From positions 20,522,001 through 20,586,000 of the forward strand of contig CM120645.1 of assembly GCA_051362555.1 (NCBI GenBank): DNA of 64,000 nt, read 5' to 3'. Source of the DNA: Lingula anatina (taxonomy: Eukaryota > Animalia > Brachiopoda). How positions within the stretch are numbered: position 1 is the first letter of the stretch; every line of letters starts with the position of its first letter. The notes under the pieces were generated by a model. It had not been told where the DNA came from, did no database searches, and saw only the letters and a program-made list of their open reading frames with translations. This document shows positions 52,901 through 64,000 of this stretch, one piece after another. Both the position numbers and the translations under genes were made by a program.

Positions 52901-55151
52901 CAGTGACACATTAGGTGTCATTTGTCCTGGTGTGATAGATTGTAGCAAATCTTAGAAAACTGGATTAGTTTCTGTTGATTATTATGAGCATACTTGCGAG
53001 GAATGCATTCGCAAAAAAATAATAACCCATGATTTTTTTTAAGCAGGGACCAAAAATGATGATGGAGGTATGCAATTTTTTGTAGTATTTTCACCCTGTT
53101 GGCTACAATAAAATTGGAATCTGATGAAAATTTACTCCAGAGCATAAATGCTTACATACCAATTGTATCTTGTTAGCAACCCACCAGCTTGTGTGTATGT
53201 GTACAAGTATTTTTGTTGATGTCTATGGCTGTACTATTCCTTATCCATGGCACCTTCCTGGTCTTTTGGGATGGGGAGGGGTTGCAGGGGAGAAAAAGCA
53301 AACAAACAAAAAACAAAACAAAAAAGTTTTTATTGGAATTTTGAAGGTAATTGGGAAGAAGATTTTTGTTGAACGTTTAGAAAAAGGTAATACCAATGAG
53401 GGTTGTGATTTGTGGACGTGAAAAAGTTTTTTTTACCCATTCCTAATGAAAGGCATACCATGTGAGTAAAAACCTTTATATTATAGCAGCAATAATAATA
53501 ATATGAAGAAGATATATATTTTCATGGAAATTTCAGCAATCCCCCCTACATTGTTAAGGTGTACCCATGTAAATGCCATTAATTTCAACATTGTAAGCTG
53601 ATATTGTCTCTCACCAACCTTGACTTAAGATTTTTTTCATTTTTCTGTAAACAATTTGACAGCTTGACTATTAATATATTCTATCTGTATTTAATGAGTT
53701 ATCTTTTTGTTAGCAAATAGAAAATTAATAAAGAGTAATGTATTTTTATGGAAATTTCCACTCTTGTTGTGATTCTTTCCTTCCTTTGAAGTGTCTGTGG
53801 AGGTGAACAATATGCAAAAAGAGCTGAATGAAGCTGCACAAAAACTGAAAGATCACAGTGAGGAAAAGAAGATGATAGAACAGAAGGCTGCAAAGCTGGT
53901 AACCAGATCAGTTTCTTTACTTCAACAAAATCTTATCATAAAATTTCAGTATGATTTATCAAAAACTTAAAAGGAAATTATTTTCAGCAATTTATAGTGT
54001 ATAATATTTAAAGTTATGATCAATGCAAATTATTACAAAGTGTTTAGAATTCGTAATATTACTTTGATGTGATTTTATACAAACTATGACAAGCGTATGT
54101 ATTAGGTGAATTGAAGATGAAAAATTGAACTCAGTTAATATGTACTAGACTGTTCCCAGAGAAGAATTTCATCAGCTGTGTTAAGTTATAAGAATGATGT
54201 ATGGTGACAATGGGGGGGGGGGGGGGGGGCAAGTACACCTCCCGAGTAGAGGCTATTCACCTGGATAGCCTCATTCCCTTTAGAAGATGTCCTGATAGAC
54301 ATCGAAATATTGGAGGTAAAACCTATCTCAATATTAGCTGTTGACTGAAGAAAAATTCACATCATTCTTAGACTGTTCCCAATAATTATTTCCCAGGCAG
54401 GGGATATGGTATTATACAAGGCCAGGGCAGATGAAGCAGAGGGACAGAAGACTGCTTTGGAAGATCACATTTTAACTCTCAAGGTTCTCCTTTTAGATGA
54501 ATTGATATCAATAAAAATTCTAAGATAATAATTTTTTTCTTGTATTTTAAACATTTTCTTTTCATATTGTTGAAGTAATAAAATTTTAAGTGATTAAAAT
54601 GATTTTAAAAAATGATAAGAAAATTTCATATAAATTCATTGAAGGCAATATTAAGTGAAATTAAGTATTAAGAGTAAAATGTCTGCAAGTTATTCCTTGT
54701 TTTATTAATTTTGTTGCTTTGCATAACAGAAAAGATGGAAGAATACAGTTCAGTAAAGCTTTAAGAGGTTATTATCTTAATTTTTTTGGCATTAGCTTGT
54801 GAGTGAATTATATTCAGTATTGTTGATTTATTTCATAATTTCATTTCAGAGTCAACTTAATGACAAGACTGTGTATGCCCAGAGTTTAGAGACTTCACTT
54901 GCTCAAAGGTAATAATAAATTTGAAATTTAAATTATTACGATAATATAGTCTTTGTAATTAATTGTGAGGTAAATGTTGCTGTCTCAGAGATATTTACAA
55001 AATGATACAAATGATACAAAAAAGGCTGTTCAGGACACAAGAATCCAGTAGGTCATAGAAAACAGAAATATTTTGTCCAGTAACTGGACAAATAAATGAA
55101 ATTTTTTTAGCCTGCCTTCAACTTTACAGGCATTTAGTGTTACTAAACTGT

Positions 55152-55193
<42 letters not shown>

Positions 55194-57288
55194 TGAAAGA
55201 TGTGCTGTCGTACCTTCTTCTGGGCAGGACAGAGACCACCCCTCGCTGCTCACAGACTGAATAGACTGTGGTGACTGCCTCTGTGTATAACCTGTGGAGG
55301 GTTCAGTAAAGTCATCCTCAGACTCCTGAGGCTTGCTAGTAGGGAGTAAAACAAAACTGAACCTATTTGTGAATGTGCTTTTTAACAAAGTGCTGTTTAA
55401 TTCATCTTCTCTATCTGTATATTTGCCAGCTTTGCTGTCTATTAAATTCATCTTGTGTGTCAGGCCTGGTGCTGATGATGTTATGGTGCTGAAGCAAGAG
55501 TTGGTGCAGACACACACCATGATGGACCAGCTGGCACAGGAGAAAGAGGCAGAGAAGGAAAAGATGGAGAAGGACTATGAAGAGTTAAAGACTAGATATC
55601 AAGAGTAAGCTTGTTTTGTTTTTTTACTGGCAGCTTGAAGTTTCCACTTTCAATTTATAAATTTAATGAAGATACAGTGTATCAAGAACAAGCATGATTC
55701 ATGATAGTAGCAACTACTAGATTTCAATGTTAATGTTTCATCTATTTAAAATAAGTTCTGCTTAGTAAAATTTTGACAAAAATGTGTGCCTAATTGAGCA
55801 TTTTTCTGCCTTATGCAGTAGATAGGATATATGTTTATTTAAAACTATGGTGAAAAAAGTATACAATAATTTTCATAGATACTAATTTAGTTTAGTTAAT
55901 TTAAGTCATGGTTGATGGTTTCAGATGATCACTATCAGAAAAACTCCATATTTATAATATTGCTTGACATCTGGTAAGTAGTATTTTATTGATGAAAAAT
56001 GAAACAGAAATTAACAAATACAAAAAAATAAAAGTGATGGCTAATGAATTGACATTGAATTATTTTTTTTTCGTTAGGAGTGAGCAATTGACCAGGGAGC
56101 TGAGGGAAGAACTGGCTAGGGCTCCTAAACTGGAGGAGTTACAAAGGTAAAGAAATAATTATTATTATTAATTTTATTAATTTATTATTATTGACAAAGA
56201 CACAATTAAGAATATATATATATATATAGTATCATAGTAAATAAAACTATGTGAATATCTTTTCTTCACCAAATGGCAATGCGTCTCTTGCGTGTTGTGT
56301 CCATGTCCAGTGTTTTCTATCCCTAGACTCCAGGCATCTGCTGCAGACTCCAGCTCTGGCTCTCAGAAACTCCTGGAGTCCTTGCAGAAAAAGCAAGAAG
56401 AGGCAGCAATGTTACAGGGACAGTTGGAACAGGTAAATACATCTGTAATGTCACATTGGTAATGGATAGAATATACTTTATTTTCAGAACCAATTTTTGT
56501 GGGAATTAGTTGATTGTAACTTAGTTTAACCTAGTTTCATTTAAACATAAAGCATTTTATTAATATTGCAATGCTCATAACATTTTATGTACATTTTTTG
56601 TGCAACTCTCATAATTAAATATAATTCTAATCATATTATTATTATTATTAATTAAGTAGTTGAATTAACTTAACTTGTTCTTTTCATATTTGCAGCTTCA
56701 ACAGGAAAAACTGCAACTTGACCAGACTCTGCAGGAAAAATGTTCAGAAATTGGAAAACTGAACAAAGAATTAGAAACCAGGGGAAACAGTCTTCACCAG
56801 GACATAGCAACTCTAAAGGAGCAGCTGAAGGAAAGGGACCAGGCCATCCAACAAAAGGACTCAAATATCAAAACTTTAAAGGAAGACATTGGTGCTAAGG
56901 AGACATTATGCAATGAATTGCAGGAAGAAATTTTAGAGAAGGAAAAGTCACGAGAAGAAGTCAGAGAGCAGATGAGAGAAAAGCAACTGGTTTACCAACA
57001 GCTTGAGCAAAAGTTTACAGAGATTGAACAAAAAACACACGACATGCAGCAGACTTTGAATGAAAAGGATAGTTACTTGCAAGAGATGCAGCAGATTATC
57101 TCTGAAAAGGAAGATAGCTGTCAGCAGTTTCAGCAGCTTTTGCAGTCCAGTCAAGAAAATTGTGAGCAGCTTCAGAAACAGTTGGGAGAGTTGGAACAGA
57201 GGAATGCACAATTGCTAACAAGTGTTGAGGAAAAGGAGCAGAGCCTCAAGGAAATTCAGGAAGATATGATGAAGGTTTGTGTGAACCA

Positions 57289-57321
<33 letters not shown>

Positions 57322-60300
57322 TGATGGATGTAACGTAGCTTTCAGTAATATAAAATGTACTTTAATATGATTATATTCATAATGCATCTTTTACATAGTC
57401 ACAAATGCTAGCAATAAATTAGTCAATATATAAATGAATATATAAAAATGTAAGCAATAAACAAAAAGAGAAAACTCTATGAAAATAGAATATAACAATA
57501 GAAAAAGAGGGAAACTTACCATGGCGAGTTACTAAACCTCTATTAGAACAAGATGTAATATTTTACTTTATGAGATGCAAAGTATTTAAATGTATTTTTG
57601 CATTTTTTCTAAGACCTAAAACATATATTTTGTGTCATTTCAGACCAAGGCAGCTATGGCAGAGAAGGAAACTCATCTAGCATCTTTAACTCAACAACTC
57701 GGGGACACCAAGCAATCCTCACAAGGGCAGCTACACGAGAGAGAACAGCAGTACACTGCTCTGAAACTGGAGCTGGACAAGGTAGGGCATACTAGGGAAA
57801 CACAAATTATCAATTAGACCCCCCAAAGCCGTCCAGATACTTTTACCAAAAATACATCCAAGAACTTGAAAAAATCCCTAGAAAAGCAATAAACAAATGG
57901 CACACAGATATTGGGGAAATTTTAGACGAAGAGAAATGGCATTTGATATTTAGATCGGTTTTTACTGAGATAGATGACACAAAATTACAAACATTACAAT
58001 TTAGAATTAATCATAGAATTTTCAGCACAAATTCGTACTTAATGAAAATAAAGAAAAAAGAATCTCAGCTGTGCGAGTTTTGTAATATTGCCAAAGAGAC
58101 AATATATCATGTATTTTGGGAATGTCCATACGTACAAAATATCTGGACCTGCCTTATTAATGCTTTAAGGGAAAGTATGAAGATGAATATAGAGAGGCAT
58201 CCCAAAGTGTTCTTATTTGGTCTTGTACAACAATTCAAGATAGAAGGCCTGTATTTACTTACATTGATAACTAAGAAATACATAAGCATATGCAGGTCCA
58301 GATCCGACCCCCCCACTTGGGTAGGGTTAATACAATATATGTCAGATGCTATGGAAATATTACCAGGTTCTCATTATACATGTATCCTCAAGCGAAACGA
58401 ACTAACATACAACAGATTTGGCTAAATATTGATAAGATATTAGCGGAATAACAAAACAAAACTGTTTATAATATGTATTTTTATTTCTTGCTCAAAATAA
58501 GATCAGTATTTCAGTGACTGAGCATCTGTATTATAAGTATTTGTGTGCACAACAGTGTGCGTGCGCCTTCGGATGTGTGAGGCTGTATGAGAAAAAATGT
58601 GTGTACAAATGTGCATATACACTATATTACATTAAGACACACAATCTATTATATCTCTAGTTCTTATAGTGATGCACAGTATCACCTTGCTTCGTTGACG
58701 TATTGTTCAGTTTATAATGTACTTTGTAATGTACTGAAGAATTTTGTATATTGTATTATACGTTCTACAATATTAAAATAATATTTCAGTGACTGTGCAC
58801 CCATAAAAGTGTATATATTGTATTAAGTTAAAACTGTATTGATGTAGTGTATTGTTTTGTATTTGTACTGAAATGTGTTTTCTGATTCTGTGATGTATTG
58901 CATGTTCTCGTATGTTTGTCTTCTTTGTAATGTGCTGTATTGTGTTTGTATATGTTTAATAAAAAAAAAAAAAACTTCAAAAAAAAAAAAAAAAAAACTT
59001 ATCAATTAGACCCCATTCCCACAGATTTTAGATCGATCTATCCCCACGGGGAGTCTCACTAGATTACTGTCGGCTTAGCCGGCTCAAATGTCTATCCCAC
59101 CTACTAAAAGCTGTAAGGGGGTAATTAACTGGCGTGCACTCGTCTGAATGCAAATTTAGAGTGAACCCCCAGGGAGTTAGGTCGGTCCGGATGGATCGAT
59201 CTAAATCTCTGGGAATGCATTCTTAAACCATTATATAATAGCAAAATTTTAGTTTTGCTGTAATTTTTAGTACCATTCCATTAACGGAGAACGATATGCA
59301 TGCCTTCATTTTATTTGCATTTTTGTATTACTGGTTATTTTATAGTAATTTATTTATTTTTAAATTAATATTATATTTCAGACTGTAAACCAAGTTAAGG
59401 TCCATAAAGCCAGTATTGAGGATCTGACAAAGCAGCTAAATGATGTGCACATAAGACACCAGGAAGAGGTATACACTTGTCGAAGGATTAAGAGTCACTG
59501 GAAGATAATTTTGAAATTAAATTGAAAAATATGTTGTAATGAGTTCAGTTAAACCCCGTTGCATTATTTGTATTATTTTATTCATTTCTGCCTTTCTCCC
59601 TATTATTACATAACCATGCAGTTTAAGTTGCCCAGTGTAATTTTCCTGGTTTCCAATTGATCATTTTAGTCCTCCAGAGCCGAGGAGTTCAAAGTTCTGC
59701 TGAGAGAGAAGTCCGGGGAATTGGAGAATGAAATAAGAAGTAGAGAAGCAAGGTAGTTATCAGTGAAAGAGAAAACAAAACTAGTAGACTATTTGATAGC
59801 TAAGTGTTATACTTTGCATTAGATTGTAAAATATGCTTATAGCTTATGAAAGAAATAAATACTAGCTACTAGTATAGTGAACATTATCTTGAAATATGCT
59901 TTGACTATACCTTGATATTTTAATTAAAATTTGAGATTTTGGCTCTCTCAAAAGAAAGAAAAAATATTCTTCTTCTCCAGGATTCATTTGGAATTTCCAT
60001 AATCTTTTATAAGTACTAGTTTTGAGAAAGTGCTTTATATTTTGTGATGTATGTTTTGTATAATAATTATAATATTATTATATGCTGTAGAAAAAGAAGG
60101 ATTGGAACCATAAAGGTTATTACTTTACCTTACAGTTATGTCTTATCATGGTTGTTATTATATTGCCTCATTCTACATGTTCTTTGTTTCATTGGTGAAC
60201 TTGCCTTTTTTCTATTCTTTTTTCTATTCAACTCAGGGATTCCAAAATCAAAGAGCTGGAAGGCATCATGTCCTCACTCAGGGAAACCATAGACCGCATG

Positions 60301-63300
60301 GAGGCGGAGAAGACGGACCTTATAGCAAAGGTGATATTTTTGTAGTGGTAGGACAAAGAATTTTGGGATAAACATGTAAATGTGCTGCATAAAAATTGCC
60401 CAATGTCACAACATTAGGAGCTGATCTCAAAGATATTGGACTACAAGGTCAACATAAAGCTTTTGTTATCTTTTTTTACCAGAATTTATATTTTGTTGAT
60501 TTTAGTGACTTTTTCTCCTATTTATAGATAGAAGCTGGAGAGGGAGTGGCCACTGCCATCAACCAACTTAAACAGGAAAATGTGAGTATCATGATTGAAA
60601 ATATCAGCAGGCCCGTAGCCAGCAATTTTAGAGGGGGGGTTTCGTTATCTGAAAAAGTGGACCTTTTACCATAAAATCCTCAAGTACATAGATCAAATTG
60701 TACCCAGAGTGGACCTTTTCCCAGCAAAAAGGGTGGTTCTTTCGAACCCCCCGAAGCCCCCCTGGCTATGGGCCTGATCAGAAAGTTTGTGCAGCTGTGA
60801 GTTTTAATGAGTCAGACTGTGTGAAGTCTACTGCACTTACAATTCCAGGAATCAGTGTCATTTTTCAGTAATTTTCCTACTTGTTTTTTAGGCAACTCTC
60901 CATGAACAACTGACTAAAGCAAAGAGGACCTTGGAAACTCAGGGTGAGGAGAGCCAGAAGAAGGAAGAGACCCTGTTCAAGCAGCTCCAAGAAGTAAAAT
61001 CACAGCTGGCAGATGTCCAGGAAAAGTGCACCAAATCTGAGGCAGGCCTGACTGAGAAAGGGGAGAAACTGGCATCTGCGCAACAAAGGATTACCGAGCT
61101 GGAGACTGAGATAAAGAGCAAGGTTGGTTTTATTTAGTTTGCTGTCAATTTTGAGGTAATTTTGTAATTTTATCTCCTGATTTTTTTTTATTTCAGGTTG
61201 AAAACAGTTCTTGAAAACATATTGTTCATTTGCTCATTCTTTTCTTGGGTTATTCGTTACTTTGACAAATGTGTATTGGTTCATGCGTTAAAATACCCAC
61301 TCATCCATTCATATAATTCTTTAACTGTGCAGCATGAAGTGTTACTGGCCACAGAAGCAGCTAAGAGCAGCCAGAGAGCTGACCTGGAGAACCACATCAA
61401 GACCACACAGGCAGCACTGGAGGAGAAAACTCAGGAGCTGAACACCATCAAACAGCAGCTAGAACAGGTATTTGGGACTCAGTTTGGAAGTATTATCTAG
61501 AGCAAGCAGATAGAGCTTAAAGTGTTTTTTGAGCTATATGATATGAATTAATTCAAAAATGATTTATGTTCTGTATGAAGTAAGTTTAATACAAAAAATA
61601 ACATGTAAACAATATAGTTTCCGGTGACTGATTTTCTTTAAAACTTGTATTGCTTGATTTCAGACAAACTTCCCAGAAACTTAAAATATATTATGTGCAC
61701 CTTTTTAACCTGTGTGTAAATTTTTCTTCACTGTGCGTCAGGTGACAGGTGAATTGAACTCCCGTGGTGACCAGTGCAGACAGCTGGATGTCACCTTAAA
61801 GGAAGCCAAAACCAAGTGCAATGATCTGGAGCAGAAATGTGTGGCAGCACAGGCAGATATTGCCAGCAAGGTGATGACATACTCAGGGATGAGATTATTT
61901 TCAACAATCGGCATATTTCTGACTTTTTGGGAGCCAAAAATATCACTGGCCTATTTTAAAATGCCATATTTTCCATATTTTGGAACAAATTGCTACAGTG
62001 ACTGTTAGTAACTTACCATGGCTGATTGCAAAATTGTTAAAAATTGTTAAAACAGTGTGACAATATGGACAACTATTAGTTTTGCTATAGTGATCTATAT
62101 ACTGACAACCTGTTAAACTATGGAGCACTTCAAGATCCTAGTCTTCAACTAAGGACAAAAACAAAGAGTTATTAAAATTGTATGAGCCCCAGATTTAAGT
62201 TTAAGTAATGTAATCACTTCTTTCCCTTCTGAAGAACTGTCTTTACGGAAAATTTCATAAACATTTGTTCAGAGCTTTTTGAGATGTCTTGTCCATGAAC
62301 AAACAATCACTGGTGAAAACAAAATCTTTAATTTATTGCCATTTTAATATGGTAATTTTAAAGGCTATAAATTGAACTTGTAGGTAACTGCTTTGGAAAA
62401 ACTTCAAGGTGAAAAAGCAGACCTAGAGAAGAAATTAAAAACTGCTAAAAGTGATGGAAGAGAGAAAGAGAACTCTCTCTCAAAGGTATAATTATAGTTT
62501 ATGTGATGTCTGGGATGTAATTTTTTGTTTAAAACAACAGATTGCTTTATGTTTTTTAAATGTCAAGTGTGTTTAAGTCAGCAATGTAAAAGAATATATT
62601 TTCACTGTAAAGCTTAATGGCATAGCAACTCTTCAAATGAGATTCAACATTCCACTATAAATACTTGTAAACAACACATAGAAGTATAGTAAATGCCATT
62701 TTACCACAAAAATGTCAGTAATTCTGAAATCTGTACTTACCATCAGTACTTGGACCTTCATACATGGCTATCTTCAGGGTTATCAAGGCTATAATCTCTT
62801 AAGGAATTATTACAAAAACACGCTTGACAAAATCAACTAACTTTGAATATCATTGGTAAGTATTATAACATATTTTACCCCAGGAAAACCACTTAATAAT
62901 AATGTGGGACTTTTCACACCAAAATTAAAAGTTGTTATTCCTATAATTAAACTTATGAACAGAAAGTTTTTGCTGGTTGGTTGACTTTCAGGGTAAAACT
63001 TCTACAATAAATTTTAATAAGGGTTATTTTTGCAGGCTAATTCCGAAAATGAGATACTGTCATCAAAACTGAGCAAAGCAGAAGGAACATTGAAAGAAAT
63101 ATCAGAGAAGCTGGTCACCACAGAACAAAAAGTTGAAAAAACTGCTGAAGAACTGAAAGCAAAGGTAATTTTACAATCATGCAAAAACAGCTTCATGTCT
63201 GGTCAAGTTTCAGTAAGGAAGAGAAACTCTGAAATAGGATGATGAATATTCACCAAATTTGTTCTTTTTCTAATTTTTTGTTAGAATGCTGAAAACAAGA

Positions 63301-63769
63301 AGTTGACTGCTGAAAAATCCAAGTTGGAACAAAAGTTGTCAGCTGTGTCCAGTGAGCTACAAGAGAAAGAAACCTCCCTGAAAAAGGTATAATTGTAACT
63401 AGGATTAGTGGCTGGCATTTCAACTATGTTTTTTTGTTTTTTGCTTTTTATATAAGAATTTGAAACCTAGGGAAAATAGGTAAGCTTATTTTTTCATTTA
63501 ATATTATTATTTTAACCTTATTTGATATGAAAAAGAAAAATGATAACAAAAAATATTTTCTTATTTCTTGTATGTTACAATGCCAAAAAATAAAATAGAA
63601 ATTGTGGTTGTTTTTTTTCCACATATCTTATGATATCCCAATTCTTTAAATATTTTTTCCTTAATTTTAGCTGACAACTGACCTAGAGTCATCCACTGGC
63701 CAGTGTCAAAGGTTGGAGACAGAAAGTAACAGCAAAAGTGACCAGTTGACCAAGCAGCTTGGGGACAAG
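46977..63769 (+). CDS. EEA1: Early endosome antigen 1, 3'-partial (FYVE domain lies beyond the window). Exons include 46977-47021, 47849-47938, 48535-48627, 50292-50378, 50732-50826, 51916-51973, ~52199-52279, ~55463-55605, ~56695-57273, ~60892-61121 ... 63671-63769
   Basis: N-terminus MLKRLRN; GF(L/I)CPxC..H...H fingers; DVLALRQELDDLRKSLKEERWYAVELKKE and RPGADDVMVLKQELVQ match conserved EEA1 blocks; long Q/E/K-rich coiled-coil exons follow. Confidence 0.92.
48741..48916. mobile_element. hAT-like MITE with 5-bp TSD, copy 1
   Basis: AATAC|CAGGCCCGTAGCCAG..CTGGCTACGGGCCTG|AATAC. Confidence 0.85.
49273..49486. mobile_element. PIF/Harbinger-like MITE, copy 2
   Basis: Homologous to 5007-5231 along its whole length. 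Confidence 0.75.
51021..51194. mobile_element. Short MITE with TGGGGTAGCG terminal inverted repeats
   Basis: CAACT|CTGGGGTAGCG..CGCTACCCCAC|CAACT. Confidence 0.6.
51545..51885. repeat. Degenerate ~40-bp minisatellite in an EEA1 intron
   Basis: Recurrent TGATAAGGTCAACATGGACAAGTATTGTGATAACTTGACAA-like units. Confidence 0.75.
55152..55335 (-). pseudogene. Inverted fragment of IRAK exon 4 (3' end, donor and ATT microsatellite) inside an EEA1 intron
   Basis: Translates [40 protein letters not shown] versus [44 protein letters not shown] (14615-14750). Confidence 0.9.
57823..58998 (+). mobile_element. 5'-truncated L1/Tx1-clade LINE
   Basis: ORF2 C-terminal zf-RVT (LQFRINHRI..CEFC..ETIYHVFWECP..W), 3'UTR, AATAAA and poly-A tail, 16-bp TSD TTATCAATTAGACCCC (57807-57822 and 58999-59014). 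Confidence 0.9.
59009..59222. mobile_element. PIF/Harbinger-like MITE, copy 3 (inverted relative to copy 1)
   Basis: TTA|GACCCCATTCCCA..TGGGAATGCATTC|TTA. Confidence 0.75.
60608..60776. mobile_element. hAT-like MITE with 5-bp TSD, copy 2
   Basis: ATCAG|CAGGCCCGTAGCCAG..CTGGCTATGGGCCTG|ATCAG; homologous to 48741-48916. Confidence 0.85.
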
Positions 63770-64000
63770 GTGAGAAGAATGTTAAATCAATACTGTGACA
63801 GGAGTTTGGAAGCTAGTGGGGATGCAGTCTACTCCTTGAACCTATCAGCTCACTTGTTACTGAGAGACTTCAGAAAACTACAAGTCTGGTCAAAACTTTA
63901 GAAAAAATTCAAAGATGAAATCTAAAGATTATAGAATGGGACATAATAATTATAAAAACCTGTAATATGTACATCAGTTTTATCACGTTAAAAAAAACTG

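Overview
AT-rich, intron-rich genomic DNA from an invertebrate animal (probably a lophotrochozoan or mollusc; this is inference). All splice models were built by hand. Four protein-coding genes can be reconstructed: a compact IL-17-family cytokine (+, last two exons, 312-1580), a Pelle/IRAK1-like death-domain non-RD kinase (+, 3310-20236), dihydrolipoamide dehydrogenase DLD (-, 14 exons, 33151-46687, 507 aa) and, head-to-head with it, EEA1 (+, from 46977, running off the window, with three N-terminal C2H2 fingers). The introns carry many DNA-transposon derivatives (Sola-like, hAT-like, Tc1/mariner-like, Harbinger-like, Kolobok-like, Academ-like) and a truncated LINE. The most unusual region is about 24.8-30.3 kb. 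It looks like a minus-strand Pol II transcription unit with a correctly spaced TATA box and Inr. Its body is a 16-copy 131-bp tandem array in which every unit is a 52-nt exon plus a 79-nt GT-AG intron, followed by two exons made of an unrelated 52-nt repeat. The spliced RNA would be a 52-nt-periodic lncRNA or a chain of overlapping ~30-codon smORFs, and the two arrays carry CTCF-like motifs in divergent orientation. Other notable items are a 10-copy array of decoy splice donors in DLD and an inverted copy of an IRAK exon inside an EEA1 intron.
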